A stretch of 64,000 nucleotides of DNA from Eledone cirrhosa (Eukaryota), in NCBI GenBank assembly GCA_964016885.1, contig OZ024740.1, forward strand, positions 279,310,001 to 279,374,000, in the 5' to 3' direction. The notes under the pieces are model-generated. The model did not search any database, was not told the origin of the DNA, and saw nothing but the letters and a program-made list of their open reading frames with translations. The position numbers were made by a program, and so were the translations under genes. Positions 1 through 12,775 of the stretch are shown piece after piece; within the stretch, counting starts at the first letter, position 1; the number at the start of each line of letters is the position of its first letter.

Positions 1-3000
1 AAACACTCGTAAGTCGAAACACTCGTAAGTCAAAACTCTCGTACGCCGAAACACTCGTAAGTAAAAACATTAGTAAGTCGAAACACTCGTAAGCCGAAAC
101 ACTCGTAAGTCGAAACACTCGTAAGCCGAAACACCCGTAAGTCAAAACATTCGTAAGTCAAAACACTCGTAAGTCGAAACACCCGTAAGTCAAAACACTC
201 GTATGTCGAAACACTCGTAAACCGAAACACCGTAAGTAAAAACACTCGTAAATCGAAACACCCATAAGGCGAAACACTCGTAAGCCGAAACGCTCGTAAG
301 TCGAAACACTCATAAGCCGAAACACTCGTAAGTCGGAACACTCGTAAATCAGAACACCCGCAAGTCAGAACACTCGTAAATCAGAACACTCTTAAGTCGA
401 AACTCACGTAAGCCGAAACACTCGTAAGTCGAAACACTCGTAAATCGAAACATCCTTAAGTCGAAACACTCGTACACCGAAACACTCGTAAGTAAAAACA
501 TTAGTAAGTCGAAACACTCGTAAGCCGAAACACTCGTAAGTCGAAACACCCGTAAGTCGAAACACCCGTAAGTCAAAACACACGTGTGTCGAAACACTCG
601 TAAAACTAAACACTCGTAAGTCGGAACACTCGTAAGTCAGAACACTCGTAAGTCAGAACACTCGTAAGTCGAAACACTCATAAGTCGAAACACTCGTAAG
701 TTGAAACACCCGTAAGTCGAAACATCCGTAAGTCGAAACACTCGTATGTCGAATAACTCGTAAGCCGAAACACCGTAAGTCAAAACACTCGTAAGTCGAA
801 ACACTCGTAAGTCGAAACACCCGTAAGCCGAAACACTCGTAAGCCAAAACATTCGTAAGTCGAAACACTCGTAAGCCGAAACACTCGTGAGCCGAAACAC
901 TCGTAAGCCAAAACATTCCTAAGTCGAAACACTCGTAAGTCGAAACACCCATAGCCGAAACACTCGTAAGTCGGAACACACGTAAGTCAGAACACTCGTA
1001 AGTCAGAACACTCGTAAGTCAGAGCATTCGTATCGAAACACACGTATGTCAAAACACCCATAAGTCAAAACACTCGTAAGTCGAAATACTCGTAAGTCGA
1101 AACACTCGTAAGCCGAAACAATCGTAATTCAAAACACTCGTAAGTCGAAACACTCGTAAGCCAAAAATACTCGTACGTCGAAACACCCGTAAGCCGAAAC
1201 ACTCGTAAGTCGGAACACTCATAAGTCAAAACACTCGTAAGTCGAAACAGTCGTAAGTCGGAACACTCGTAAGTCAGAACACTCGTAAGTCAAAACACTC
1301 GTAAGTCAAAACACTCGTAAGTCGAAACACCCGTAAGTCGAAACGCCCGTAAGTCGAAACACTCATAAGCCGAAACACTCGGAAGTCGGAACACTCGTAA
1401 GTCAGAACACCCGTAAGTCAGAACACTCGTAGTCAGAACACTCGTAAGTCAAAACACTCGTAAGCCGAAACACTCGTAAGCCGAAACACTCGTAAGTCGG
1501 AACACTCGTAAGTCGGAACACTCATAAGTCAGAACACCCGTAAGTCAAAACATTCGTAAGCCAAAACACTCGTAAGTCGAAACACTCGTAAGTCGAAACA
1601 CTCGTAAGTCGAAACACTCGTAAGTCGAAACATCCTTAAATCGAAACACTCGTACACCGAAACACTCGTAAGTAAAAACATTAGTAAGTCGAAACACTCG
1701 TAAGCCGAAACACTCGTAAGCGGAAACACTCGTAAGTCAGAACACTCGTATCGAAACACTCGTATGTCAAAACACTCGTAAGTCAAAACACTCGTAAGTC
1801 GAAACATTCATAAGCCGAAACACTCGTAAGCCGAAACACTCGTAAGCAAAAACATTCGTAAGTCGAAACACCCGTAAGCCGAAACACTCGTAAGTCGAAA
1901 CACTCGTAAGTCGAAACACTCGTAAGTCGAAACACTCGTAAGTCGAAACACGCGTAAGTCGAAGCACCCGTAAGTCAAAACACTCGTAAATCAAAACACT
2001 CGTAAGCCGAAACACTCGTATGTCGAAACACTCGTAAGTCGAAACACTCGTAAGCCGAAACACTCGTAAGCCGAAACACTCGTAAGTCAGAACACTCGTA
2101 AGTCGAAACACTCGTATCGAAACACTCGTATGTCAAAACACCCGTAAGTCAAAACACTCGTAAGTCGAAACACTCGTAAGACGAAACACTCTTATGTCGA
2201 AACATCCGTAAATCAGAACACTCGTAAGTCGAAACATTCGTAAGTCGAAACACTCGTAAGCTGAAACACTCGTAAGTCGAAACACTCGTATTGAAACACT
2301 CGTAAGTCGAAACACCCTTAAGTCAAAACACTCGTAAGCCGAAACACTCGTAAGTCGAAACACCGTAAGCCAAAACACTCGTAAGTCGAAACACCCGTAA
2401 GTCGGAACACTCGTAAGTCTAAACACCCGTAAGGCGAAACACTCGTAAGCCGAAACACTCGTAAGCCGAGACACTCGTAAGTCGGAACACTCGTAAGTCA
2501 GAACACTCGTAAGTCGAAACACTCGTATCGAAACACTCGTAAGTCGAAACACCCTCAAGTCAAAACACTCGTAAGCCGAAACACTCGTAAGTCGAAACAC
2601 TCGTAAGTCGAAACACTCGTAAGTCGAAACACCCTTAAGTCAAAACACTCGTAAGTCGAAACACTCGCCAGCCGAAACACTCGTAAGTCGAAACACTCGT
2701 AAGCCGAAACACCCGTAAGTCAAAACACTCGTACGCCGAAACACTCGTAAGTAAAAACATTAGTAAGTCGAAACACTCATAAGCCGAAACACTCGTAAGT
2801 CGAAACACTCGCAAGCCGAAACACCCGTAAGTCAAAACATTCGTAAGTCGAATAACTCGTAAGCCGAAACACCGTAAGTCAAAACACTCGTAAATCGGAA
2901 CACTCGTAATTCACAACACCCGTAAGTCAAAACACCCTTAAGTCGAAACTCACGTAAGTCGAAACATCCTTAAGTCGAAACATTCGTACACCGAAACACT

Positions 3001-4740
3001 CGTAAGTAAAAACATTAGTAAGTCGAAACACTCGTAAGCCGAAACACTCGTAAGTCGAAACACCCGTAAGTCGAAACCCCCGTAAGTCAAAACACTCGTG
3101 TGTCGAAACACTCGTAAACCGAAACACTCGTAAGTCGGAACACTCGTAAGTCAGAACACTCGTAAGTCAGAACACTCGTAAGTCGAAACACTCATAAGTC
3201 GAAACACTCGTAAGTCTAAACACCCGTAAGTCGAAACACCCGTAAGTCGAAACACTCGTATGTCGAATAACTCGTAAGCCGAAACACCGTAAGTCAAAAC
3301 ACTCGTAAGTCGAAACACTCGTAAGTCGAAACACCCGTAAGCCGAAACACTCGTAAGCCAAAACATTCGTAAGTCGAAACACTCGTAAGCCGAAACACTC
3401 GTAAGCCAAAACATTCGTAAGTCGAAACACTCGTAAGTCGAAACACCCATAGCCGAAACACACGTAAGTCGGAACACACGTAAGTCAGAACACCCGTAAG
3501 TCAGAACACTCCTAAGTCAGAACACTCGTAAGTCAGAGCATTCGTATCGAAACACTCGTATGTCAAAACACCCATAAGTCAAAACACTCGTAAGTCGAAA
3601 TACACGTAAGTCGAAACACTCGTAAGCCGAAACAATCGTAATTCAAAACACTCGTAAGTCGAAACACTCGTAAGCCAAAAATACTCGTACGTCGAAACAC
3701 CCGTAAGCCGAAACACTCGTAAGTCGGAACACTCGTAAGTCAAAACACTCGGAAGTCGAAACAGTCGTAAGTCGGAACACTCGTAAGTCAGAACACTCGT
3801 AAGTCAGAACACTCGTAAGTCAAAACACTCGTAAGTCGAAACACCCGTAAGTCGAAACGCCCGTAAGTCGAAACACTCATAAGCCGAAACACTCGTAAGT
3901 CGGAACACTCGTAAGTCAGAACACTCGTAAGTCAAACACTCGTAAGTCAAAACACTCGTAAGTCGAAACACTCGTAAGCCGAAACACCCGTAAGTCAAAA
4001 CATTCGTAAGCCAAAATACTCGTAAGTCGAAACACTCGTAAGTCGAAACACTCGTAAGTCGAAACACTCGTAAGTCGAAACATCCTTAAGTCGAAACACT
4101 CGTAAGTCGAAACACTCATAAGTCGAAACACTCGTAAGTCGAAACATCCTTAAGTCGAAACACTCGTACACCGAAACACTCGTAAGTAAAAACATTAGTA
4201 AGTCGAAACACTCGTAAGCCGAAACACTCGTAAGCGGAAACACTCGTAAGTCAGAACACTCGTATCGAAACACTCGTATGTCAAAACACCCGTAAGTCAA
4301 AACACTCGTAAGTCGAAACACTCATAAGCCGAAACACTCGTAAGCCGAAACACTCGTAGGCAAAAACATTCGTAAGTCGAAAACCCGTAAGCCGAAACAC
4401 TCATAAGGCGAAACACTCGTAAGCCGAAACACTCGTAAGTCGGAACACTCGTAAGTCGGAACACTCGTAAGTAAGAACACTCGTAAGTCAGAACACTCGT
4501 ATGTCAAAACACTCGTAAGTCGAAACATTCGTAAGCCGAAACACCCGTAAGTCGAAACACCCGTAAGTCAAAACATTCGTAAGCCAAAACACTCGTAAGT
4601 CGAAACACTCATAAGTCGAAACACTCGTAAGTCGAAACACGCGTACGTCGAAACACATGTAAGTCAAAATACTCGTAAGTCAAAACACTCGTAAGCCGAA
4701 ACACTCGTAAGTCGAAACACTCGTAAGTCGAAACACTCGT

Positions 4741-4820
4741 AAAGAGAAACGTATAAATAAAGATTAATGTAATGAATTTGAAAAGCATAGAGATTTGAAA
4801 CCGCGTCTATTTGTTATTTT
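4741..4820 (+). repeat. 80-bp AT-rich island, copy 1 (AAAGAG variant)
   Basis: aaagagaaacgtataaataaagattaatgtaatgaatttgaaaagcatagagatttgaaaccgcgtctatttgttatttt interrupts the monomer array. Confidence 0.95.
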
Positions 4821-6366
4821 CGTAAGTCGAAACACTCGTAAGCCGAAACACTCGTGAGCCGAAACACTCGTAAGTCGGAACACTCGTAAGTCAGAACACT
4901 CGTAAGTCAGAACACTCGTAAGTTAGAACACTCGTAAGTCAGAACACTCGTAAGTCGAAACACTCGTATCGAAACACTCGTACGTCAAAACACCAGTAAG
5001 TCAAAACACTCGTAAGTCGAAACACTCGTAAGCCGAAACACCGTAAGTCAAAACACTCGTAAGTCGAAACACTCGTAAGTCGAAACACTCGTAAGTCGAA
5101 ACACTCGTAAGCCGAAACACTCGTAAGCCGAAACACTCGTAAGTCGGAACACTCGTAAGTCTGAACACTCGTATGTCGAAACATCCGTAAATCAGAACAC
5201 TCGTAAGTCAAAACACTCGTAAGTCGAAACACTCGTAATCCAAAAATACTCGTAAGTCGAAACACCCTTAAGTCAAAACACTCGTAAGCCGAAACACCCG
5301 TAAGTCGAAACACTCGTAAGTCGAAACACTCGTACGCCGAAACACTCGTAAGTAAAAACATTAGTAAATCGAAACACTCGTAAGCCGAAAGACTCGTAAG
5401 TCGAAACACTCGTAAGCCGAAACACCCGTAAGTCAAAACATTCGTAAGTCAAAACACCCGTAAGTCAAATCACCCGTAAGTCAAAACACTCGTAAGTCGA
5501 ATCACTCGTAAGCCGAAACACCGTAAGTCAAAACACTCGGAAGTCGAAACATTCGTAAGCCGGAAACACTCGTAAGCCGAAACACTCGTAAGTCGGAACA
5601 CTCGTAAGTCGGAACACTCGTAGGTCAGAACACTCGTAAGTCAAAACACTCGTAAGTCAGAACACTCGTAAGTCAGAACACTCGTATCGAAACACTCGTA
5701 TGTCAAAGCACCCGTAAGTCAAAACACTCGTAAGTCGAAACACTCGTAAGCCGAAACACCGTAAGTCAAAACACTCGTAAGTCAAAACACTCGTAAGCCG
5801 AAACACTCGTAAGTCGAAACACTCATAAGTCGAAACACTCGTAAGTCGAAACACTCGTATGTCGAAACATCCGTAAATCAGAACACTCGTAAGTCAAAAC
5901 ACTCGTAAGTCAAAACACTCGTAAGTCGAAACACCCGTAAGTCGAAACGCCCGTAAGTCGAAACACTCATAAGCCGAAACACTCGTAAGCCGAAACACTC
6001 GTAAGTCGGAACACTCGTAAGTCGGAACACTCGTAAGTAAGAACACTCGTAAGTCAGAACACTCGTAAGTCAGAACACTCGTATCGAAACACTCGTATGT
6101 CAAAACACCGGTAAGTCAAAACACTCGTATGTCGAAACACTCATAAGCCGAAACACCGTAAGTCAAAACACTCGTAAGTCGAAACACTCGTAAGTCGAAA
6201 CACTCGTAAGTCGAAACACTCGTAAGCCGAAACACCCGTAAGTCAAAACATCCGTAAGTCAAAACATTCGTAAGTCGAAACACCCGTAGTCGAAACAGTC
6301 GCAAGTCGAAACACTCGTAAGTCGAAACACGCGTAAGTCGAAACACATGTAAGTCAAAATACTCGT

Positions 6367-6446
6367 AAAGCGAAACGTATAAATAAAGATTAATGTAATG
6401 AATTTGAAAAGCATAGAGATTTGAAACCGCGTCTATTTGTTATTTT
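6367..6446 (+). repeat. 80-bp AT-rich island, copy 2 (consensus)
   Basis: aaagcgaaacgtataaataaag...gtctatttgttatttt. Confidence 0.95.
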
Positions 6447-9400
6447 CGTAAGTCGAAACACTCGTAAGCCGAAACACTCGTGAGCCGAAACACTTGTAAG
6501 TCGGAACATTCGTAAGTCAGAACACTCGTAAGTCAGAACACTCGTAAGTTAGAACACTCGTAAGTCAGAACAGTCGTAAGTCGAAACACTCATATCGAAA
6601 CACTCGTATGTCAAAACACCAGTAAGTCAAAACACTCGTAAGTCGAAACACTCGTAAGCCGAAACACCGTAAGTCAAAACACTCGTAAGTCGAAACACTC
6701 GTAAGTCGAAACACTCGTAAGTCGAAACACTCGTAAGCCGAAACACTCGTAAGCCGAAACACTCGTAAGTCGGAACACTCGTAAGTCTGAACACTCGTAT
6801 GTCGAAACATCCGTAAATCAGAACACTCGTAAGTCAAAACACTCGTAAGTCGAAACACTCGTAAGCCAAAAATACTCGTAAGTCGAAACACCCTTAAGTC
6901 AAAACACTCGTAAGCCGAAACACCCGTAAGTCAAAACACCCGTAAGTCGAAACACTCGTAAGTTGAAACACTCGTACGCCGAAACACTCGTAAATCGAAA
7001 CATCCTTAAGTCGAAACACTCGTACACCGAAACACTCGTAAGTAAAAACATTAGTAAGTCGAAACACTCGTAAGCCGAAACACTCGTAAGTCGAAACACC
7101 CGTAAGTCGAAACACCCGTAAGTCAAAACACACGTGTGTCGAAACACTCGTAAAACTAAACACTCGTAAGTCGGAACACTCGTAAGTCAGAACACTCGTA
7201 AGTCAGAACACTCGTAAGTCGAAACACTCATAAGTCGAAACACTCGTAAGTCGAAACACCCGTAAGTCGAAACATCCGTAAGTCGAAACACTCGTATGTC
7301 GAATAACTCGTAAGCCGAAACACTGTAAGCCAAAACATTCGTAAGTCGAAACACTCGTAAGTCAAAACACCCATAGCCGACACACTCGTAAGTCGGAACA
7401 CACGTAAGTCAGAACACCCGTAAGTCAGAACACTCGTAAGTCAGAACACTCGTAAGTCAGAACACTCGTAAGTCAGAGCATTCGTATCGAAACACTCGTA
7501 TGTCAAAACACCCATAAGTCAAAACACTCGTAAGTCGAAATACTCGTAAGTCGAAACACTTGTAAGCCGAAACAATCGTAATTCAAAACACTCGTAAGTC
7601 GAAACACTCGTAAGCCAAAAATACTCGTACGTCGAAACACCCGTAAGCCGAAACACTCGTAAGTCGGAACACTCATAAGTCAAAACACTCGTAAGTCGAA
7701 ACAGTCGTAAGTCGGAACACTCGTAAGTCAGAACACTCGTAAGTCAAAACACTCGTAAGTCAAAACACTCGTAAGTCGAAACACCCGTAAGTCGAAACGC
7801 CCGTAAGTCGAAACACTCATAAGCCGAAACACTCGGAAGTCGGAACACTCGTAAGTCAGAACACCCGTAAGTCAGAACACTCGTAGTCAGAACACTCGGA
7901 AGTCAAAACACTCGTAAGCCGAAACACTCGTAAGCCGAAACACTCGTAAGTCGGAACACTCGTAAGTCGGAACACTCATAAGTCAGAACACCCGTAAGTC
8001 AAAACATTCGTAAGCCAAAACACTCGTAAGTCGAAACACTCGTAAGTCGAAACACTCGTAAGTCGAAACACTCGTAAGTCGAAACATCCTTAAATCGAAA
8101 CACTCGTACACCGAAACACTCGTAAGTAAAAACATTAGTAAGTCGAAACACTCGTAAGCCGAAACACTCGTAAGCGGAAACACTCGTAAGTCAGAACACT
8201 CGTATCGAAACACTCGTATGTCAAAACACCCGTAAGTCAAAACACTCGTAAGTCGAAACATTCATAAGCCGAAACACTCGTAAGCCGAAACACTCGTAAG
8301 CAAAAACATTCGTAAGTCGAAACACCCGTAAGCCGAAACACTCGTAAGTCGAAACACTCGTAAGTCGAAACACTCGTAAGTCGAAACACTCGTAAGTCGA
8401 AACACGCGTAAGTCGAAGCACCCGTAAGTCAAAACACTCTTAAATCAAAACACTCGTAAGCCGAAACACTCGTATGTCGAAACACTCGTAAGTCGAAACA
8501 CTCGTAAGCCGAAACACCCGTAAGTCAAAACACTCGTAAGTCGAAACACTCGTAAGTCGAAACACTCTTATGTCGAAACATCCGTAAATCAGAACACTCG
8601 TAAGTCGAAACATTCGTAAGTCGAAACACTCGTAAGCTGAAACACTCGTAAGTCGAAACACTCGTATCGAAACACTCGTAAGTCGAAACACCCTTAAGTC
8701 AAAACACTCGTAAGCCGAAACACTCGTAAGTCGAAACACCGTAAGCCAAAACACTCGTAAGTCGAAACACCCGTAAGTCGGAACACTCGTAAGTCGAAAC
8801 ACCCGTAAGTCGAAACACTCGTAAGCCGAAACACTCGTAAGCCGAGACACTCGTAAGTCGGAACACTCGTAAGTCAGAACACTCGTAAGTCGAAACACTC
8901 GTATCGAAACACTCGTAAGTCGAAACACCCTCAAGTCAAAACACTCGTAAGCCGAAACACTCGTAAGTCGAAACACTCGTAAGTCGAAACACTCGTAAGT
9001 CGAAACACCCTTAAGTCAAAACACTCGTAAGTCGAAACACTCGCCAGCCGAAACACTCGTAAGTCGAAACACTCGTAAGCCGAAACACCCGTAAGTCAAA
9101 ACATTCGTAAGTCGAATAACTCGTAAGCCGAAACACCGTAAGTCAAAACACTCGTAAATCGGAACACTCGTAATTCACAACACCCGTAAGTCAAAACACC
9201 CTTAAGTCGAAACTCACGTAAGTCGAAACATCCTTAAGTCGAAACATTCGTACACCGAAACACTCGTAAGTAAAAACATTAGTAAGTCGAAACACTCGTA
9301 AGCCGAAACACTCGTAAGTCGAAACACCCGTAAGTCGAAACCCCCGTAAGTCAAAACACTCGTGTGTCGAAACACTCGTAAACCGAAACACTCGTAAGTC

Positions 9401-11005
9401 GGAACACTCGTAAGTCAGAACACTCGTAAGTCAGAACACTCGTAAGTCGAAACACTCATAAGTCGAAACACTCGTAAGTCGAAACACCCGTAAGTCGAAA
9501 CACCCGTAAGTCGAAACACTCGTATGTCGAATAACTCGTAAGCCGAAACACCGTAAGTCAAAACACTCGTAAGTCGAAACACTCGTAAGTCGAAACACCC
9601 GTAAGCCGAAACACTCGTAAGCCAAAACATTCGTAAGTCGAAACACTCGTAAGCCGAAACACTCGTAAGCCAAAACATTCGTAAGTCGAAACACTCGTAA
9701 GTCGAAACACCCATAGCCGAAACACACGTAAGTCGGAACACACGTAAGTCAGAACACCCGTAAGTCAGAACACTCCTAAGTCAGAACACTCGTAAGTCAG
9801 AGCATTCGTATCGAAACACTCGTATGTCAAAACACCCATAAGTCAAAACACTCGTAAGTCGAAATACACGTAAGTCGAAACACTCGTAAGCCGAAACAAT
9901 CGTAATTCAAAACACTCGTAAGTCGAAACACTCGTAAGCCAAAAATACTCGTACGTCGAAACACCCGTAAGCCGAAACACTCGTAAGTCGGAACACTCGT
10001 AAGTCAAAACACTCGGAAGTCGAAACAGTCGTAAGTCGGAACACTCGTAAGTCAGAACACTCGTAAGTCAGAACACTCGTAAGTCAAAACACTCGTAAGT
10101 CGAAACACCCGTAAGTCGAAACGCCCGTAAGTCGAAACACTCATAAGCCGAAACACTCGTAAGTCGGAACACTCGTAAGTCAGAACACTCGTAAGTCAGA
10201 ACACTCGTAAGTCAAAACACTCGTAAGTCGAAACACTCGTAAGCCGAAACACCCGTAAGTCAAAACATTCGTAAGCCAAAATACTCGTAAGTCGAAACAC
10301 TCGTAAGTCGAAACACTCGTAAGTCGAAACACTCGTAAGTCGAAACATCCTTAAGTCGAAACACTCGTAAGTCGAAACACTCATAAGTCGAAACACTCGT
10401 AAGTCGAAACATCCTTAAGTCGAAACACTCGTACACCGAAACACTCGTAAGTAAAAACATTAGTAAGTCGAAACACTCGTAAGCCGAAACACTCGTAAGC
10501 GGAAACACTCGTAAGTCAGAACACTCGTATCGAAACACTCGTATGTCAAAACACCCGTAAGTCAAAACACTCGTAAGTCGAAACACTCATAAGCCGAAAC
10601 ACTCGTAAGCCGAAACACTCGTAGGCAAAAACATTCGTAAGTCGAAAACCCGTAAGCCGAAACACTCATAAGGCGAAACACTCGTAAGCCGAAACACTCG
10701 TAAGTCGGAACACTCGTAAGTCGGAACACTCGTAAGTAAGAACACTCGTAAGTCAGAACACTCGTATGTCAAAACACTCGTAAGTCGAAACATTCGTAAG
10801 CCGAAACACCCGTAAGTCGAAACACCCGTAAGTCAAAACATTCGTAAGCCAAAACACTCGTAAGTCGAAACACTCATAAGTCGAAACACTCGTAAGTCGA
10901 AACACGCGTACGTCGAAACACATGTAAGTCAAAATACTCGTAAGTCAAAACACTCGTAAGCCGAAACACTCGTAAGTCGAAACACTCGTAAGTCGAAACA
11001 CTCGT

Positions 11006-11085
11006 AAAGAGAAACGTATAAATAAAGATTAATGTAATGAATTTGAAAAGCATAGAGATTTGAAACCGCGTCTATTTGTTATTTT
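11006..11085 (+). repeat. 80-bp AT-rich island, copy 3 (AAAGAG variant)
   Basis: Shares the private C>A change with copy 1; offset 6265 bp. Confidence 0.95.
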
Positions 11086-12695
11086 CGTAAGTCGAAACAC
11101 TCGTAAGCCGAAACACTCGTGAGCCGAAACACTCGTAAGTCGGAACACTCGTAAGTCAGAACACTCGTAAGTCAGAACACTCGTGAGTTAGAACACTCGT
11201 AAGTCAGAACACTCGTAAGTCGAAACACTCGTATCGAAACACTCGTACGTCAAAACACCAGTAAGTCAAAACACTCGTAAGTCGAAACACTCGTAAGCCG
11301 AAACACCGTAAGTCAAAACACTCGTAAGTCGAAACACTCGTAAGTCGAAACACTCGTAAGTCGAAACACTCGTAAGCCGAAACACTCGTAAGCCGAAACA
11401 CTCGTAAGTCGGAACACTCGTAAGTCTGAACACTCGTATGTCGAAACATCCGTAAATCAGAACACTCGTAAGTCAAAACACTCGTAAGTCGAAACACTCG
11501 TAATCCAAAAATACTCGTAAGTCGAAACACCCTTAAGTCAAAACACTCGTAAGCCGAAACACCCGTAAGTCGAAACACTCGTAAGTCGAAACACTCGTAC
11601 GCCGAAACACTCGTAAGTAAAAACATTAGTAAATCGAAACACTCGTAAGCCGAAAGACTCGTAAGTCGAAACACTCGTAAGCCGAAACACCCGTAAGTCA
11701 AAACATTCGTAAGTCAAAACACCCGTAAGTCAAATCACCCGTAAGTCAAAACACTCGTAAGTCGAATCACTCGTAAGCCGAAACATCGTAAGTCAAAACA
11801 CTCGGAAGTCGAAACACTCGTAAGCCGGAAACACTCGTAAGCCGAAACACTCGTAAGTCGGAACACTCGTAAGTCGGAACACTCGTAGGTCAGAACACTC
11901 GTAAGTCAAAACACTCGTAAGTCAGAACACTCGTAAGTCAGAACACTCGTATCGAAACACTCGTATGTCAAAGCACCCGTAAGTCAAAACACTCGTAAGT
12001 CGAAACACTCGTAAGCCGAAACACCGTAAGTCAAAACACTCGTAAGTCAAAACACTCGTAAGCCGAAACACTCGTAAGTCGAAACACTCATAAGTCGAAA
12101 CACTCGTAAGTCGAAACACTCGTATGTCGAAACATCCGTAAATCAGAACACTCGTAAGTCAAAACACTCGTAAGTCAAAACACTCGTAAGTCGAAACACC
12201 CGTAAGTCGAAACGCCCGTAAGTCGAAACACTCATAAGCCGAAACACTCGTAAGCCGAAACACTCGTAAGTCGGAACACTCGTAAGTCGGAACACTCGTA
12301 AGTAAGAACACTCGTAAGTCAGAACACTCGTAAGTCAGAACACTCGTATCGAAACACTCGTATGTCAAAACACCGGTAAGTCAAAACACTCGTATGTCGA
12401 AACACTCATAAGCCGAAACACCGTAAGTCAAAACACTCGTAAGTCAAAACACTCGTAAGTCGAAACACTCGTAAGTCGAAACACTCGTAAGCCGAAACAC
12501 CCGTAAGTCAAAACATCCGTAAGTCAAAACATTCGTAAGTCGAAACACCCGTAGTCGAAACAGTCGCAAGTCGAAACACTCGTAAGTCGAAACACGCGTA
12601 AGTCGAAACACATGTAAGTCAAAATACTCGTAAGTCAAAACACTCGTAAGCCGAAACACTCGTAAGTCGAAACACTCGTAAGTCGAAACACTCGT

Positions 12696-12775
12696 AAAGC
12701 GAAACGTATAAATAAAGATTAATGTAATGAATTTGAAAAGCATAGAGATTTGAAACCGCGTCTATTTGTTATTTT
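12696..12775 (+). repeat. 80-bp AT-rich island, copy 4
   Basis: Matches island consensus. Confidence 0.95.

Noticed and set aside
4755-4820. Island as a MITE or structured ncRNA
   Set aside because: Only 5-6 bp inverted matches (AAATAA/TTATTT, ATAGA/TCTAT), no target-site duplication, and the same insertion context in all copies. No tRNA, 5S or spliced-leader motif is recognisable.
4817-4835. CENP-B box at the island/monomer junction (TTCG...)
   Set aside because: The CGGG half of the TTCGNNNNANNCGGG core is missing.
12444-12743. ORFs beginning MLFKFITLIFIYTFRF, resembling a signal peptide
   Set aside because: The hydrophobic start is the reverse complement of the AT-rich island read into satellite. 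ORF lengths differ among copies and copy 8 is frameshifted, so there is no support for coding.
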